Source of the DNA: Felis catus
Lineage: Eukaryota
Direction: 5' to 3'
Length of the DNA stretch: 64,000 bases
Assembly: GCF_018350175.1 (NCBI RefSeq)
Contig: NC_058381.1
Location: 18,352,001-18,416,000, forward strand
A model generated the notes under the pieces. It had not been told where the DNA came from, did no database searches, and worked only from the letters and a program-made list of their open reading frames with translations. Each line of letters opens with the position of its first letter. Positions within the stretch are counted from its first letter, which is position 1. The position numbers were made by a program, and so were the translations under genes. Shown in pieces: positions 28,016 through 40,874 of the stretch.

Positions 28016-30406
28016 AGAAATTAGTGTTTGTTTCCATCACCTAGGCTGAGCAACAAAGAATTGCAGTTATGTGACAGAGAAGTTCTGGGCCGTTCTTTAG
28101 GCAGAGGTCAGTCAGGTAAGAAATCGAATAACACCCGGTACTGGTTACATGGGGTCACCAGCAAGTTTCCGGTTTTCTCAGAAACCGACAAGGTTTGACT
28201 TCATTTATGCTTTCTGTTTACTTTCCCTGGGCTACTCAGAGTTGAAAAGTACACAAAACCAAGAGCTGCTTTCTGCTTGGGCCTGAGGAACTCAAAAGAA
28301 AATTCTCCAAGCCCTTATGCCGCAAAGTCTGGCTAAAGAAGCTAAAGTTACTTCAGTGATTTCAATGTTAGTATTTTTCTTAAGACCAAGGAGATGGTTT
28401 CCATCAGTCCAGGACTACTGTGCTTTCTCAGCAAGAGACAGGTCACCACTCAGACAGCTGAGGATGTAAATGTCAAAGCAGTAAAGAGAGGCTGCAGGAC
28501 TGGGGAGGTCAAAGGACAGGCATTAAAATACCTCAGTGGGGAGCTGGGCCTTGAGCGTTAGAAGGCTTCAGGAGGGCAGCGGAGGAAATAGGCCAGTGGC
28601 CTCCGGCAGGAGCATTCCAGTCTCTGTGGGAAAGCCACAAAGCCAAAGCCGGAATCTGGCCAAAGAAATGGATTTGTCTTCATCTTGTTACTCCAGCGAA
28701 GGCTGAAAGAAGTGTTTGAGCCGATGACCAGGGTGCCTTGCCTGAAAGTCTGTATTTTCAAGGCCGTGACAAGTGTAAATGCCTGGTTAGTCACAGTTCT
28801 CCGGCCCCATCGTGTCATTTCAGGTCCTTGTGGGTGTCTGCTAACCTTGGCCTGGCATTTGCCCATCGGGTCAGCCACGAGCAGGCCACTTAGCTATCGT
28901 GACAGCAGTCTGGAGAGATGAACCTGATAACCTGTGTTCCTTCCCAGGTGGCTACTACCCAGTGGCTACGCTGTTTTGTTAGGCTGGCTGATCCCTCCCT
29001 GATAGCATTCTTTTGGAAAAGAATTTGGATAAGCAGCCTCCCAAGGGCCAAGCCAAACAGAAGGCAGTGACCGAAAGCCCTGAGGAGGAACTTGCACCCT
29101 TGCCCAAAAGCTGGTGCTTGGCAGCTCTGTGGCCATATGACCCAACAAGAAAGAAATGAAGAAACCTTTCAAGGGACTCGGGCTGCGCACATCACCCTGC
29201 ATCCAGGCTCAGCACTAGGCAGAACCACCGCCCTCGGCCGGGACACAAAACCAGGAGAACGGGGTGGGGGGCAGTGGATATATGGCCAAGCACATGCCAC
29301 CCCTGCACAGGGCTGCTTGGGACGCAGAGCTCATGCTCACCGTCCTCGGATGGGCATCCAAGTGCAGCGCCCACAGGCTCCACGGCCTTCCCACTGTGGC
29401 TCATGCTCCTGGCCCCTGTGGTGGCTCTTTGGCTTTCTGGTGAGTAAAGCAAAGCATGCCTTGAGGGCAAGAGAATCAAAAAGAGCAATCATGTTAGACC
29501 CTAAGAGTCAGTTATGTGACTTTAAGATGTAGGGGTAAAATGTCCTTTCTCATGGGCCTTTTTAGCACCACGGTTCCCAATTTAAACATCCTTCCTTCCT
29601 GCGGGCTCTCTGGGCCCCCTGCTTGGGCAGCCCAGCAAAGCCAGAGCTAGTAAATTTTTTTTGGTGGTGGTGGTTTTTGTTTTGTTTTTATTGCTTCTCT
29701 AGCCCCTCTCTGATTCTGCAGGAAAGAGGGGGTTACGGTCAGAAAAAGATGATGTGGGTCAGGGCAGAATACAAATCTCCTGAATAAAAGTACAAAGTGC
29801 TTTAAAGAAACTGATCCCAAAGGCATCAGGAAAGGCCAAGGGCTCTGCCCTGCCCAGGGTCCTGGCACCCTCAAGGGGTAGCACAAATACCCAGTGCCCT
29901 CGTTGTTACAGACTTAAAACTATTCGTTTCCTAGGTAATTTTTTAAAAAACAAAATTGTGAAGCCTGTGCTTAAACACCATAAGGAAGAAGGAGCCCCAC
30001 CTTCTGTGAGAAACTGGGCCTCCACAGCACCAGAACGAACCCATTCCCCATGGACCTCAACAAAGGCCTAAAGGTAGCCCCTCAGTGGAGCAAAGGGGTA
30101 CTCCAAAAAGGGCCAAGGGGAATGTTTTTGTGGGAGGTGGGCTGGTCAGTCCATTGGCCCCGGGGGCAGCAGCAGCTCCCTGTCAGGAAGGGCGAGCAAA
30201 GGGTCCAGGACTTGGTCATCTTGAAGTGTTCAGGGAGCAGGGCAAAGGAAGGTGGTCCCTCTCCTGCTCAGGCCCTCTGACTTCCTGTCATGCCTCTGGG
30301 TGCTGGGACAGAAACCCAGCCAGGAGCAGCGTGGGGTGGCCAGTGGGGCAGGGTTCCACAGGAGGGGAGACAGGGTGTCCTGTGCCCTGACTCCCTGAGG
30401 GTCTCG

Positions 30407-33400
30407 TCAGTCGCGATGGGTAGACTGGTGGCCGAGCTGCCGGTCATCGTAGGTGCTGTAGCGCTTGACGTGGATACGGCGGACACGGTCCCGCAGTTCA
30501 AAGGCCTCCTCATCTTCACTGGGGGAGGCCTGGCTGCGGCTACGGCTGGTGGCCTCCAATAAGGAGTTGTCGGGGACTCGGGGGGTCTCGTACAGTAGGA
30601 CGTTGAGAGTCTCCTCATAGATTCGGGCCTCTGGGAACTCCACCTGCGATTAGGGGGCGAGAGAACCCCATGAGGTTTCCTCCACGAGAGGGAGCTGAAC
30701 GTCCGGGCCCTTGGGTCTGTGCTGGCTCTACAAGGCCGCCTGACCTCTCACAAGACAGACGGCCTTCCGGCTCGTGAGGGAGGGAGGCCTCTCTGAAGAT
30801 GTGAGGAGGTGCGCTCTGTGGGACATCAGGGTGCCAGAGCGTGGCACGCTGCCCGTGTCCCACCCAGTCCCAGGCCAACAGACTAGTACGTGTAGAGGGT
30901 CGGGCCTGAGCTTTGTGGTCAGACCTCGGCTTAAATATGGCCCCCCCATTTACTAGCTGCCGGGCCTCGGTTTCCACATGTGTAAAAAAATCAGGGTTCA
31001 TATCTACTTCAGAGTTGTGAACATTACATGAAAGACCGGGGGGCGGGTGCCCGGATGGCTCGGTCGGTTGAGCATCCGACGCGGTTTTGGCTCAGGTCAT
31101 GAGCCTAGGGTCACGGGATCGAGCCCCACACCGGGCTCCACACTCATGGAACCTGCTTGAGATTCTGTCTCTCTCCCTCTGCCCCCCTTCCCAACTTGTG
31201 TTCCCTCTCTATCTCTCTCTCTCTCAAAAAAAAAAAAAAAGGGATGGCGTTCAAGGCAGCTGAATTCTAGCCTAACTTGAGCTTCCAGCCCGGCCTGTCT
31301 CACAGGTGTGGTGTGAGGGCTCAAAAAGTTCACGGAAGAGAAAGCACTTAGGAAGGTGACGGGTGTTGCTGCCACTTCCACAGTGTAACCAGCCCCCACA
31401 GAGACCTGTCCCTGAATCTTGACTCCGCTGAAACGTGCACATGGGAGTCCCACCCCCAAAATGACAGGAGGAAGCAGGGCCGCCTCCTATAAGCTGTCCC
31501 CCCCCCCCCCCCAACCCTCAGACCGCCCAGCTGGAGGCACTGCAGTGGCCGTGCAGGTGCTACACGAGCTCGGGGCTTTGAGCCCTCACACATGTGACCG
31601 TCCCCCACATGAGCTGCCCTCCGGGCTCAGCGAAGCCCTGCCGCCCCCCATACAAACATTCTCAGGGCAGCTACTCCCTGGGGAGGACAGCACCTGCTTG
31701 CGGCCCGGGAAAACGGGGTTCGCGGGGTCCGTGTTAACGGTCACCTGTCAAATCCCTCCCGTACCCGGTGCCACGTGGTCACTGCAGAGGCTGAGCTGAG
31801 TGACCAGGAACCCACAAGGAGCAGGGGCCGGAGGAGAGATCAGAGCAGCTGCTTCCGCCAGCCTGCACCGCTCCTCCTGGGAGCCGTCTCGTGTTCGTTC
31901 TGCTTCTGGTAAATTCACACTGTCGTCCCCATGTTTGCAGATGAGGAAGCTGAGGCTCACGTGGTTTAAACGGCTCAGATGATGTCAGAAAACTAGTAAA
32001 TGGCGGAACCAGAATTCAAACCTGAACTGGGCCGACTCCAAAGACCCGGTCCTTCCCCCTGCACCACGCTGTCCCCTGCTGGTCGGCGGCCCCTGCCTCT
32101 CAGCTGACCCAGAAAAGCGCTCCCCAGCCGCTCCCCGAACTCCTGGAACTGCCCGGCACCATCACGTGGGTTTGGGGGAGACAGAGCAAACCACACTCCT
32201 TTTTTGCTCCCTGTGGTGAAAGGCACAGCTGGGGCTGCGCTGCTGTGTGTCCCGTCCCCCCCACGCAGAGGGAAGCCCGCCACACCTTGGTCTGTTTCTT
32301 CTCCGTGGCGTACACGATGGAGGTGCAGCACACCTCTGCCAGCTTGCGACCCTGGCCATAGAAGGACCAGCAGCAGATCTCATCGCCGATGACGTCCTTG
32401 AGGAAGAGCACGCGGCCGTTGAAGCGCAGGGAGAGCTTGTCAAACAGCTCGATGTTTTTCAGCAGGTGGTCGTCAGAGTTGCTGAAAAAAAGCCATGAAG
32501 GCCGGTGGGCCCAGGAATGAGGTTCTGGCACAAGAGAGGGGGCTAGCTGGGCGTCTCCTCTCTGTCCCTCCCCATCATGCACAACTGAGAAAAGGCCAGA
32601 TGCCAGAGGGAACAGGAAGAGAAAGGGTCACGGGCACCCTCTGGGTTTGGGGGGCCTGTGAGGAAAAAGAGGGGAGTTGGTCTTCAGTTAAAAGCAGAGA
32701 GAGGGGCGCCTGGGTGGCTCAGTTGGTCAAGCGTCTGACTCTGGCTCAGGTCATGATCTCATGGTGCGTGAGTTTGAGCCCTGCATCGGGCTCTGCACTA
32801 ACAATGCAAAGCCTGCCTGGGGCTCTCTCTTGCTCTCTGCCCCTCCCCAACTTGCATGCACTCACACGCGTGCGCTCTAGGTAAAAATAAACTTAAAAAA
32901 AATTCCACACATAAAAAACAAGTAAAAGCAGAAAGAACTGAAGGAGGGAGGTCTCCTCTCATTAGGCCCATAAGGAAGGAGTCTCGCTGCCATCGAGGCA
33001 GGAGGATCCCCTCCCTTGCTGTAGGGGTGATGCTGGCAACAGGCCCGTCCACAGGACTTACTGAGCCTGCGGCCTTCTGGGTCTAGCTAACTGTGGCCCA
33101 GCAGTGAAGCCCAATGGCTGGCTTACGTCCTCGTCCACCTCATAAGTTAATGCTGGGAAGATACCTGGCAAGCTGCCTGACGTGGCACGTCGGGGTAGGG
33201 GGCTGTTCCGTGTTCATTCTCATCTATATCCTCAGCCGGGGCCCCGCGCCAGGTTCCAGACGCCTCTGCTGATTTCCCTTCTACTCTCCGTTCTTCCCTC
33301 CTGAGACCTGGGCCCTTCCCAACCCTGCCGGGAGTGCAGGCGGCTTCTCTTGGGTCTGCCGCCCCGTTGCTGGCTGGCCAGTCGTTCTAGCTACTTCTGC

Positions 33401-35078
33401 GGGCCTTCCCCCAGCCCCGGCGCCCGCCCCCTCGGCCCCAAGATGCCCACCCTACCTGGTGTAGGAATACTTGTTGTTGCTTCTATTGTACAGCAGCTTC
33501 ACCACGGGCTGGGAGGGAGGAGAGCGTGAGGGCCAGGCCAGGGTCCCATCCGCCCCTGCCCGCAGCCCTCAGAGGTGCCAGTACCTTGGTGGAGGATTCG
33601 ATGAGCCTCTCTTCCTCTTTCAGGGATGTGATGATGGGGATGTTGCACACGGGCTGGTAGGAGTCCTTCTTGTCCTGGGTGACACGCACAGCCGAGAATC
33701 TTTTTTGAGCTCTCTTGCTTGCCAGGCTAAGCCAGGCTTTCCCCAGGAGCCGTCAGAGCCCCTGTGCCAAGGCCACCCTCTGCTTGTTGTGGAGGCATCT
33801 GGCAACAGAAACTGCCAGCCCGCAGGCAGAACCCCGTTTCCAGAAAACCTAAAATCCAGGTATCAAGGCATAGAAACCGGAAGCTGGGCTTAGTCATACC
33901 GCCTGAGTCCGTCGCCTTACAAATGGACCGGCTGCCAGTGTCCTTGGCCTGGGCAACACCCACCTGGTGTATCTAACTTGGTTTGGACTCACGGCACTCG
34001 TCACACAGCCTTCCGGGAACTGGACCTTAATGTCCCCAAAGCACAGGACCAACTCCCTACCTCCTGAACCTAACGCGACCGTATCTCCGTACCTGCAGAG
34101 CAGTCTGGCACATGTTCACCAGCCCCTGAATGAGGTAATATTTTGCTTCAGCCATCAGTTCCTTGATTTCCTGCCGGTTTTGCGGGAGGATGATGGTGTC
34201 GTCTCGGAGGTAATTCAAAATGGTGCCGAAGTGCTTTCCGCATCGGTCTATGAGGATCCAGCCTGGGGATGCAGACAGGCCCCAGACGGTGACTCTCTGC
34301 CTCCAGGCCGCAAGCAGCAGGCGAAGGCCGCCTGACAAGCCTGGTGGTGGGTGGTACGCCGCATGCAAGCCCAGAGCCCCCACCACAGGGTAACAGAAGT
34401 AGAACACAACCTCCAGCTCTTAGGCCTGTGGCTGTTCTTCGACCAAGAACTGGCACGTGCTGTGGGGACGGAGGCCCTCCGGGCCCTGAGAGAGCCCACA
34501 GAGGCCGAAGCTCAGGACGAGGACGACTCGGGCCCGCCTCCCGGGAGCACGGAAACCCCCGGGCCCTGCTTGTCTTCCGTGTACTGCCCAGTCACTACAG
34601 CAATGGTTCCTGTGAGAATCTAGTCCTCTGTGAATAGTTAAGAAGTATGGATCTCCTCCCCGGAAAGCGGGTAAGCACACACCATTCCACGTCCGACTTC
34701 CAAGAATCCCGAAGCTCTACCGAGGACTCCAGGTGAAGGAGTCCTGTACTAGGTAACAGGAAAAGTCGATCTAGAGTCTAGTTCTGCCAGGCGTAAGCGC
34801 TGCCCCAAAGGCACTTCCTCAGGGACACTTCCTTCCCTCCTCAAGCCAGCCCAACAAGCCCCCGACGCCTCACCTTCTTTGTCGGTCAGCACCTCCATGC
34901 GCCCGCTGAACATGGCCTTGAGCATGGTGTCATGCCGGGTTAGCGCCCGCACGGTGGTGTAGTACAGGGAGCCACCCACATTGAGCTGCACGTATTTGTT
35001 GCCCAGGCCGCCTCCCTTGAAGCCGCCTAGCTTGGGCTTGGCGCCTGACGCTGGGCACAGACAGGTATCCCCTGACAT
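30407..35078 (-). CDS. TNFAIP1: TNFAIP1 (BACURD2), BTB/POZ CUL3 adaptor, 6 coding exons, 316 aa
   Basis: Coding exons (minus) 35078-34874, 34262-34093, 33674-33585, 33508-33456, 32481-32286, 30643-30407 (951 nt). [16 protein letters not shown]...[14 protein letters not shown]...[20 protein letters not shown] (KCTD-type BTB)...QTK|VEFP...HQSTHRD*. Confidence 0.98.
31045..31240 (+). mobile_element. Can-SINE
   Basis: SINE head, (CT)n, poly(A). Confidence 0.85.
32703..32902 (+). mobile_element. Can-SINE
   Basis: GGGGCGCCTGGGTGGCTCAG head; A-rich tail. Confidence 0.85.
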
Positions 35079-36824
35079 CTCCCGCTGCAGGTAGATCACC
35101 ACACGGCAGGAGGTCGGCTTGGAAGGCTCCGCCGTGGTGGAAGGATCACGAGTGAGCGGCCAGTAGAGGCCAGAGCCTCATACTCTCAGCACTGCGAACA
35201 GGAGATGGGGGAGGAGACAGGAGTCAGCAGAGGACGGCCCTCAGCCGAGAGGGGCCAGGAGATCCCAGGAGACGGTGCAGTCATTCTCTCCTTGACCGCT
35301 GCCTAGACCTCGCAGAGGCTGAGGCCCTAGGGCAATAGCAAAAGAAGACACTCCTGCTATTGTTTCCGGTACCAGGAACCAGAGCAGTCTCCCAGAGCCC
35401 ACTCACCATCTCACCAGCCTCCCTGAGACTCGGCTCAGCTCTAGGCAGCAAGGAGGCCTAGCAAACCCCTGGAGTTAGTCGGAGATGCTGGAGGCACAGA
35501 CTGGGCAGCAGAAGTCTGTACCCTGGGGATCCACAGTCCTATTCCAATTATTTTCTTCCCAAGGTTCCCAGGACCCAAGACTTCCCGCCAAACCTACTGG
35601 GAATCCTGCCAGCGCAGGAGATTCCCAGGAGCCAGAGGGACAGGATGCGCTTCCTTTCGGAAGATTCCGGGCTCAGAAGCAGCCCGCACCAGTGCTGACT
35701 GTGAGCGCCGCCCGGAGTCTGGCCTCAGAAAGGAAAGTAAAAGCGGCTTCAGGAGAGCCCGGAATGAGCCAGGCGGGAGGGCACCGTCCAAAGTTCCTGG
35801 CAGAGGTTACTCTGGCCCCAGGGGGATTTCCTGACCTTCCCCTTTCTTGGCCCCAGCCCTGTCCCAAGTTCCTGAAATTGTCACCACTTTTCAGGAGAGA
35901 ACAACGACAGGATGGCTATTTTTACTTCTTTTTCCTGAGGGGAGGCCCAGCAGCCCCATCTCTTCCTTTCGCTCTACCCACAAGACTGGGGAGAAAGGGC
36001 TCCAAAGGATCAGATGATAAATCTAAAGGCAATTAAGTGATTTGGAAACTGAAACGCTGACAGGCATTCATAGGAGGGAGGAGCGAGGAAGCAAAGGAGG
36101 GCACAGCCAGGTCACTCCTCGTGATCTAGATTCTATATGCTTCGGTCTCCTGAGGAATCACTAAAATGCATTCACTGGAAAAAAAAAAAAAAAAAAAAAA
36201 ACAGCAAACATCCACTGCATGTTTACTATGGTCTAGGTACTAATCTAGGCACTTAATATATACATTACTTCATTTAATTCATTCGGCAATAAAACAATAC
36301 TGAGTGCCTAATAGGTTAAGCAGTAGGAAGAGAGAGATGAAAAGATAGTGACCTTGCCTCGAAGGAGTATAAAGAAGCATCACAGTGTTAACCAGAAGAA
36401 AGACAGTAAGAGTTAGCATTTATTGTGCCCCTGGTACGTGCCAGGCACTGAGGATACAGAAGACAATAAGTCGTGGCCTCACGGAGCTTACATTCTAGGG
36501 GGAGGATCCAGACAATTAGCTAGAAAATGAATGCATAAGCGAGCAGTTCCAGAAGGTAAGAAATGCAGTAAATAAACTAGTGACAAGAGGGTGACTAGGG
36601 ATTAGTACTAATTAGTACAGGGAAAGCCTCTTTGGGAAGGCGACATTCCAGCTGAAGTCTGAAAGCGCATTCCAGACAGATGGGAGAGTAAGTGCCAAGT
36701 GTCTCAGTTAGACACAAGTTTTAGGAGCAGAAATAAGGCCAAGATGTCTAGTGCACATCTTGGCTGGATGTAAAGTCATGTAACGCAGGGGCCAGGTCAT
36801 ATTAAAGAGTCTGAATTTTGGGCA

Positions 36825-37066
36825 GGGGCGCCTGGGTGGCTCAGTGGGTAGTGTCCGACTTCGGCTCAGGTCGTGATCTCGCTGCTTTTGCATTCGAGTC
36901 CTGCATCGGGCTCTGTGCTGACAGCTTGGGGGCCTGGAGCCTGCTTTGGATTCTGTGTCCTCTCTCTCTCTCTCTGCCCCTCTCCCACTTGCGCTCTCTC
37001 TCTCTCTCAAAAATGAATAAACATTAAAAAATTAAAAAAAAAAAGTAAATAAACATTAAAAAATTT
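36825..37066 (+). mobile_element. Can-SINE (left member of a tail-to-tail pair)
   Basis: Full-length body; AAAGAGTCTG on both flanks. Confidence 0.9.
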
Positions 37067-37087
37067 AAAGAGTCTGCATTAAAAAAA

Positions 37088-37301
37088 TTTTTTTTTAATG
37101 TTTTTATTTATTTTTGAGACAGAGACAGACAGAGCATGAGCAGGGGAGGGCCAGAGAGAGAGGGAGACACAGAATCTGAAGCAGGCTCTGGGCTCTGACT
37201 CGTCAGCACAGAGCCCGATGTGGGGCTCGAACCTGTGAACTGCAAGATCATGACTTGAGCCAAAGTTGCACGCTTAACCGACTGAGCCACCCAGGCGCCC
37301 C
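37088..37301 (-). mobile_element. Can-SINE (right member of a tail-to-tail pair)
   Basis: Reverse-complement full-length body; TSD AAAGAGTCTGCATT at 37067 and 37303. Confidence 0.9.
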
Positions 37302-38700
37302 GAAAGAGTCTGCATTTTATATTAACTGCAACAGCAATCGATTGGACTGTTTTAAGCAGGGGAGTGATAGGATCCAAGTTACTCACACTTTGAAAAGATC
37401 ACTCTGGCTGCCGTGTAGAGAATGGACTGTTAAAGAGCGCAAGAGAGCACGTGCGAAGACCAGAGGAAGCAGCAGTCTAGGCAAGACACGAAGGCCTGGA
37501 CTCCACTGTTGGTCACAGAGACCGAGAAAAGGTGAAATTGCCTCGTGTAGTTATCACAACACGCAAACATTTACAGTTACACATCACCTCCTGCAAGTTC
37601 AATACAGGAGCAGTGTGCTGGCTTCCCCAACTTTACTGCTCTGCTATCTAAAACAGCACTTAGCACAATGCCAAGCACCTTTTAAAGTATTTAATACATG
37701 TCAGTTAGATTGATATTGTCCCTAAAAAAGATTTAGGCAGGTCCCTAGGAGGAATGTCCGTCCAAAAAAGGGCCAGAGAGGTTACTGTGTGCAGTTCTGA
37801 ATTTCCGAGACTCACTTGCCCCAAGGATGAGATGAACCCTCACCGGCGGATTGCCCAATCAGTAAGTAAGTAACACACGAATAGTGTGAAATCACCTTCC
37901 TCCACTCACCCCAAAGGAATAAATCCACCCCTTAACAGGTTTTAGCAAGTTCCAGGTGTATTTTGTGTCTGGCCCCGATTTCCCCAGGGTAAAGAAAGCG
38001 CACCTATGCTCTGCTAAAGTAAAGGAACTCAAAGGCCAGGCGGCGGCCAACGGAGCCTACAAAGCAATTGCTTTGAGCCCTGGACCACGTCAGCTCAGCT
38101 GCCGCCCGCTCAGATTCTTCCCAGACCAATGGGCTCCAGGAATCTTGTGGCAGGTGACGCCCCACAAAGTAATTCCACTGAGAATGAAGTTTCCACTGAT
38201 AGCCTCAGTGCTGTTCCTTCCGGACTTTGTGTGCGGATATTTGGGGATGTCTGCCTGGGGCTGAGGGCGTATCCGTCTCTCTCAGCGAGGCTGATGGGAA
38301 GCTGAGCAGAATTAAGGGCAGGAAAACAACCACGGCCATGGAAAAAGGTGGGGTCCTAAAGGAAGAAGGACCCAGAAATTCATCACTCTAGGGTGGGGGC
38401 AGCCGATCTTGGGTTGAGGGGGCGGATCCAGCAGAAATCTTAGGTGTAAATCTTGGGCTTCGTCCAAAGGGTCTGGAAAGATTTGGCGAGACCCAGCCTC
38501 CCTGTGGTCTTCCCCGGCCCGCACCCCTCCTCACCACCGAGAAACAGACCGATTCTGACACCCATCCCAGTGGAAGATGTGAGCTCTCCATCTCCCCTAA
38601 GCCGTTCCATGCCTTTTCCCCAGGACTGGGTGGGGCTCTCTGCTCCAGCCCCGGGCCCGTCCATCCTTGTCCCCCAGGGCAACCTCAGCCCGGCTCTCAC

Positions 38701-38860
38701 CGTCCGCGAGGGGCGCTTCTCCTCCTAGCTGGGTTGCAAGCCGACCCCGTGCCGCCCTGGGCTGTGGCCGCCTGCCCGCCAGCAATCCCGGGCTGTGAGC
38801 TCACATCCTTCGCCCGCGCGCGGACCCCGCCCCGAGCCGCGGCGCAACCCCGCCCGCCCG
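38701..38860 (-). other. TNFAIP1: Probable non-coding exon 1 of TNFAIP1
   Basis: Lies in a CpG island; minus-strand donor GGACG|GTGAGA at 38700; exon 2 acceptor at 35192-35193 (exon starts 35191, upstream of the ATG). 5' limit is a guess. Confidence 0.55.
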
Positions 38861-39079
38861 GCAGCCTCGGACTCCACGGCCGGGCATGCCCAGCACCCAA
38901 TCACGGGGGGAGGGAAGGGCTCCTGGGAGTACTCCACCGAGAGCGCACAGCTACTTCCTGCGGCCTTTCCGGCGCAAAGGTCTCTGGGTCTTGTAGGCAG
39001 CCGACCCTCCTCGCGGGCCTCTGTTTCCCAGCAGGCTCTGCGGGCTGGGCGGGGTAAGTGCTTCCGCAGTCAGGTAATG

Positions 39080-39204
39080 ACGTTGTGGGTAAACAGGTCC
39101 TGTATCCGTGGCAGCGGCTGAGTCCGGCGGGCGAGGCACCGGCTGCCGCTAACCGGGGAGAGAAGCTGCCTGTCGGAATCAGCCCGGGCCGCAGCGCGCC
39201 GCCG
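39080..39204 (+). other. IFT20: Probable non-coding exon 1 of IFT20
   Basis: CpG island with candidate donor CCG|GTACGG at 39205; the IFT20 ATG sits only 2 nt after the acceptor at 42740-42741, so an upstream UTR exon is needed. Confidence 0.4.
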
Positions 39205-40656
39205 GTACGGGGTTGGCAGGTAGGCAGTGACTGCGGGCCGGGGGACGCGGGCGGACCCGGGGCGAGTGAATCTGACAGGCCGAAAGAAACGTGGGGACTC
39301 CGTGCGGTTCTTTGCGAGCGGTGTTACACCCAGCTTGGGCCTGGAACTTAACGCGCTGATGCTAACAACGGTCTTGTGAGGAAACTGCGGCTCAGATAAG
39401 TTCAAGGCGCTTGCGTAGTGTGGACAGCCAGCTCCACCACCCAGGTCTTCCTAACTGTGTATGTATGTCCCGTGCCCCTTCCCCCCACCCCGCCGACGGC
39501 GCCTGCAGTGCGGGGAGTGGAACTGGGGCGGAGAGTGTCGCCGCTGTCATCTTCTGGGAGCTCCATGCGGCTCTTGTGCCCGGTGTTCCCCAGATGCTCA
39601 GACACGCACGTGTGGTGGGAGTTGGAAAAGAATCTGATAGTTGGCTGGGAACCCTCCCTCACCCTGCCCTCCTTCTCCGGTCCTATCCATCTCATTCAAC
39701 TCTGCCCTCCAAACATCCAGTTGGCGCTCAAGCCAGATACATGGAAATCTGGCCTCTTTCCTTCCCTCATCCCCAAACTCCTACGTTCATCCAGTCCTTT
39801 ACTAAATGCTATCAACTCGGCTTACATAACGTCGCAAATTGGAACACTTTGCTTCAGCTCCAAGCCTTCGTTACTGTAAGAGCCTTCTCTATTTCCACAT
39901 TCATTCCACAAACATTTGCTGAGTGCAAGCGCTCGGTATGTGCAGGCACCGTGCTAGATGCTAGGGTTACAGTGATGAACCAAGGTAGGTGTAGCCTCCC
40001 TCTTCTGTTTCCTCCAATTCATTCTCCATCCTGGGTCACAGTGATCATTCCAAAAGGCAGATAGGACCACTCTGCTGAGAATCTGCTGGCTGCCCGCTAC
40101 CCTTATGATAAAATCCGGGCTCCTGACTGCGGCTTTCAGAGCCCTCCATGAACCAGCGCTGGCCTCCCCATCTAGACTTACCCTGTTCCACACTCCCCCT
40201 GTTCACTGGGTTTTAACCACACTAGGCTTTGGGTTCTTGGAAGGCATTACATTTCTTTTAGCTTCAGGATCTTCACCGAGTGCTTTTCCTCATACTGTTG
40301 TCACAATTTGTGGTTATCTGTTTACTCTCTGTCCAGAGGTCAGGAACTGAAGCATCATCTTCACTACTCTGTCTCCAGAGCAGGGACTCAGAAGGTATCT
40401 GAATAAACGCCTCCTCTCAGGGACGGGAGTGGCAGTCGAAGCAGATTATTTGCTCCCTCGGGTTACTGGAAGCTTTCTAGAGCAGTTGGTCTGATTAATC
40501 ACCTGGTAGGTGTTCAGTGCTCAGACTGTATGTGTAAATGTCACAGAAAAAGCAGGAAGACAGACCTTTTAAAAAGCTTGATTAAAATTGAAAAATAAAA
40601 AAAGAAGTACTTCGAGAGGCAACTATATTAAAAACAATAAAAAGCTTGATTAAAAA

Positions 40657-40874
40657 GGGGGGCCTGGGTGGGTCTGTTGCTTAAGCGTCCGACTTCAGCT
40701 CAGGTCACGATCTCGCGGTCCGTGAGTTCGAGCCCCGCGTCGGGCTCTGGGCTGATGGCTCAGAGCCTGGAGCCTGTTTCAGATTCTGTGTCTCCCTCTC
40801 TCTGCCCCTCCCCCGTTCATGCTCTGTCTCTCTCTGTCTCAAAAATAAATAAACTTAAAAAAAAATTTTTTTTT
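40657..40874 (+). mobile_element. Feline-type Can-SINE in IFT20 intron 1
   Basis: Full body; TSD AAAGCTTGATTAAAA. Confidence 0.9.

Larger units (their letters stand above)
38650..39330. promoter_or_regulatory. CpG island, bidirectional TNFAIP1/IFT20 promoter
   Basis: CpG-rich; CCAAT at 38897, GC boxes, ETS-like CTTCC motifs, TGACGT half-CRE near 39078; lies between divergent genes. Confidence 0.8.
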
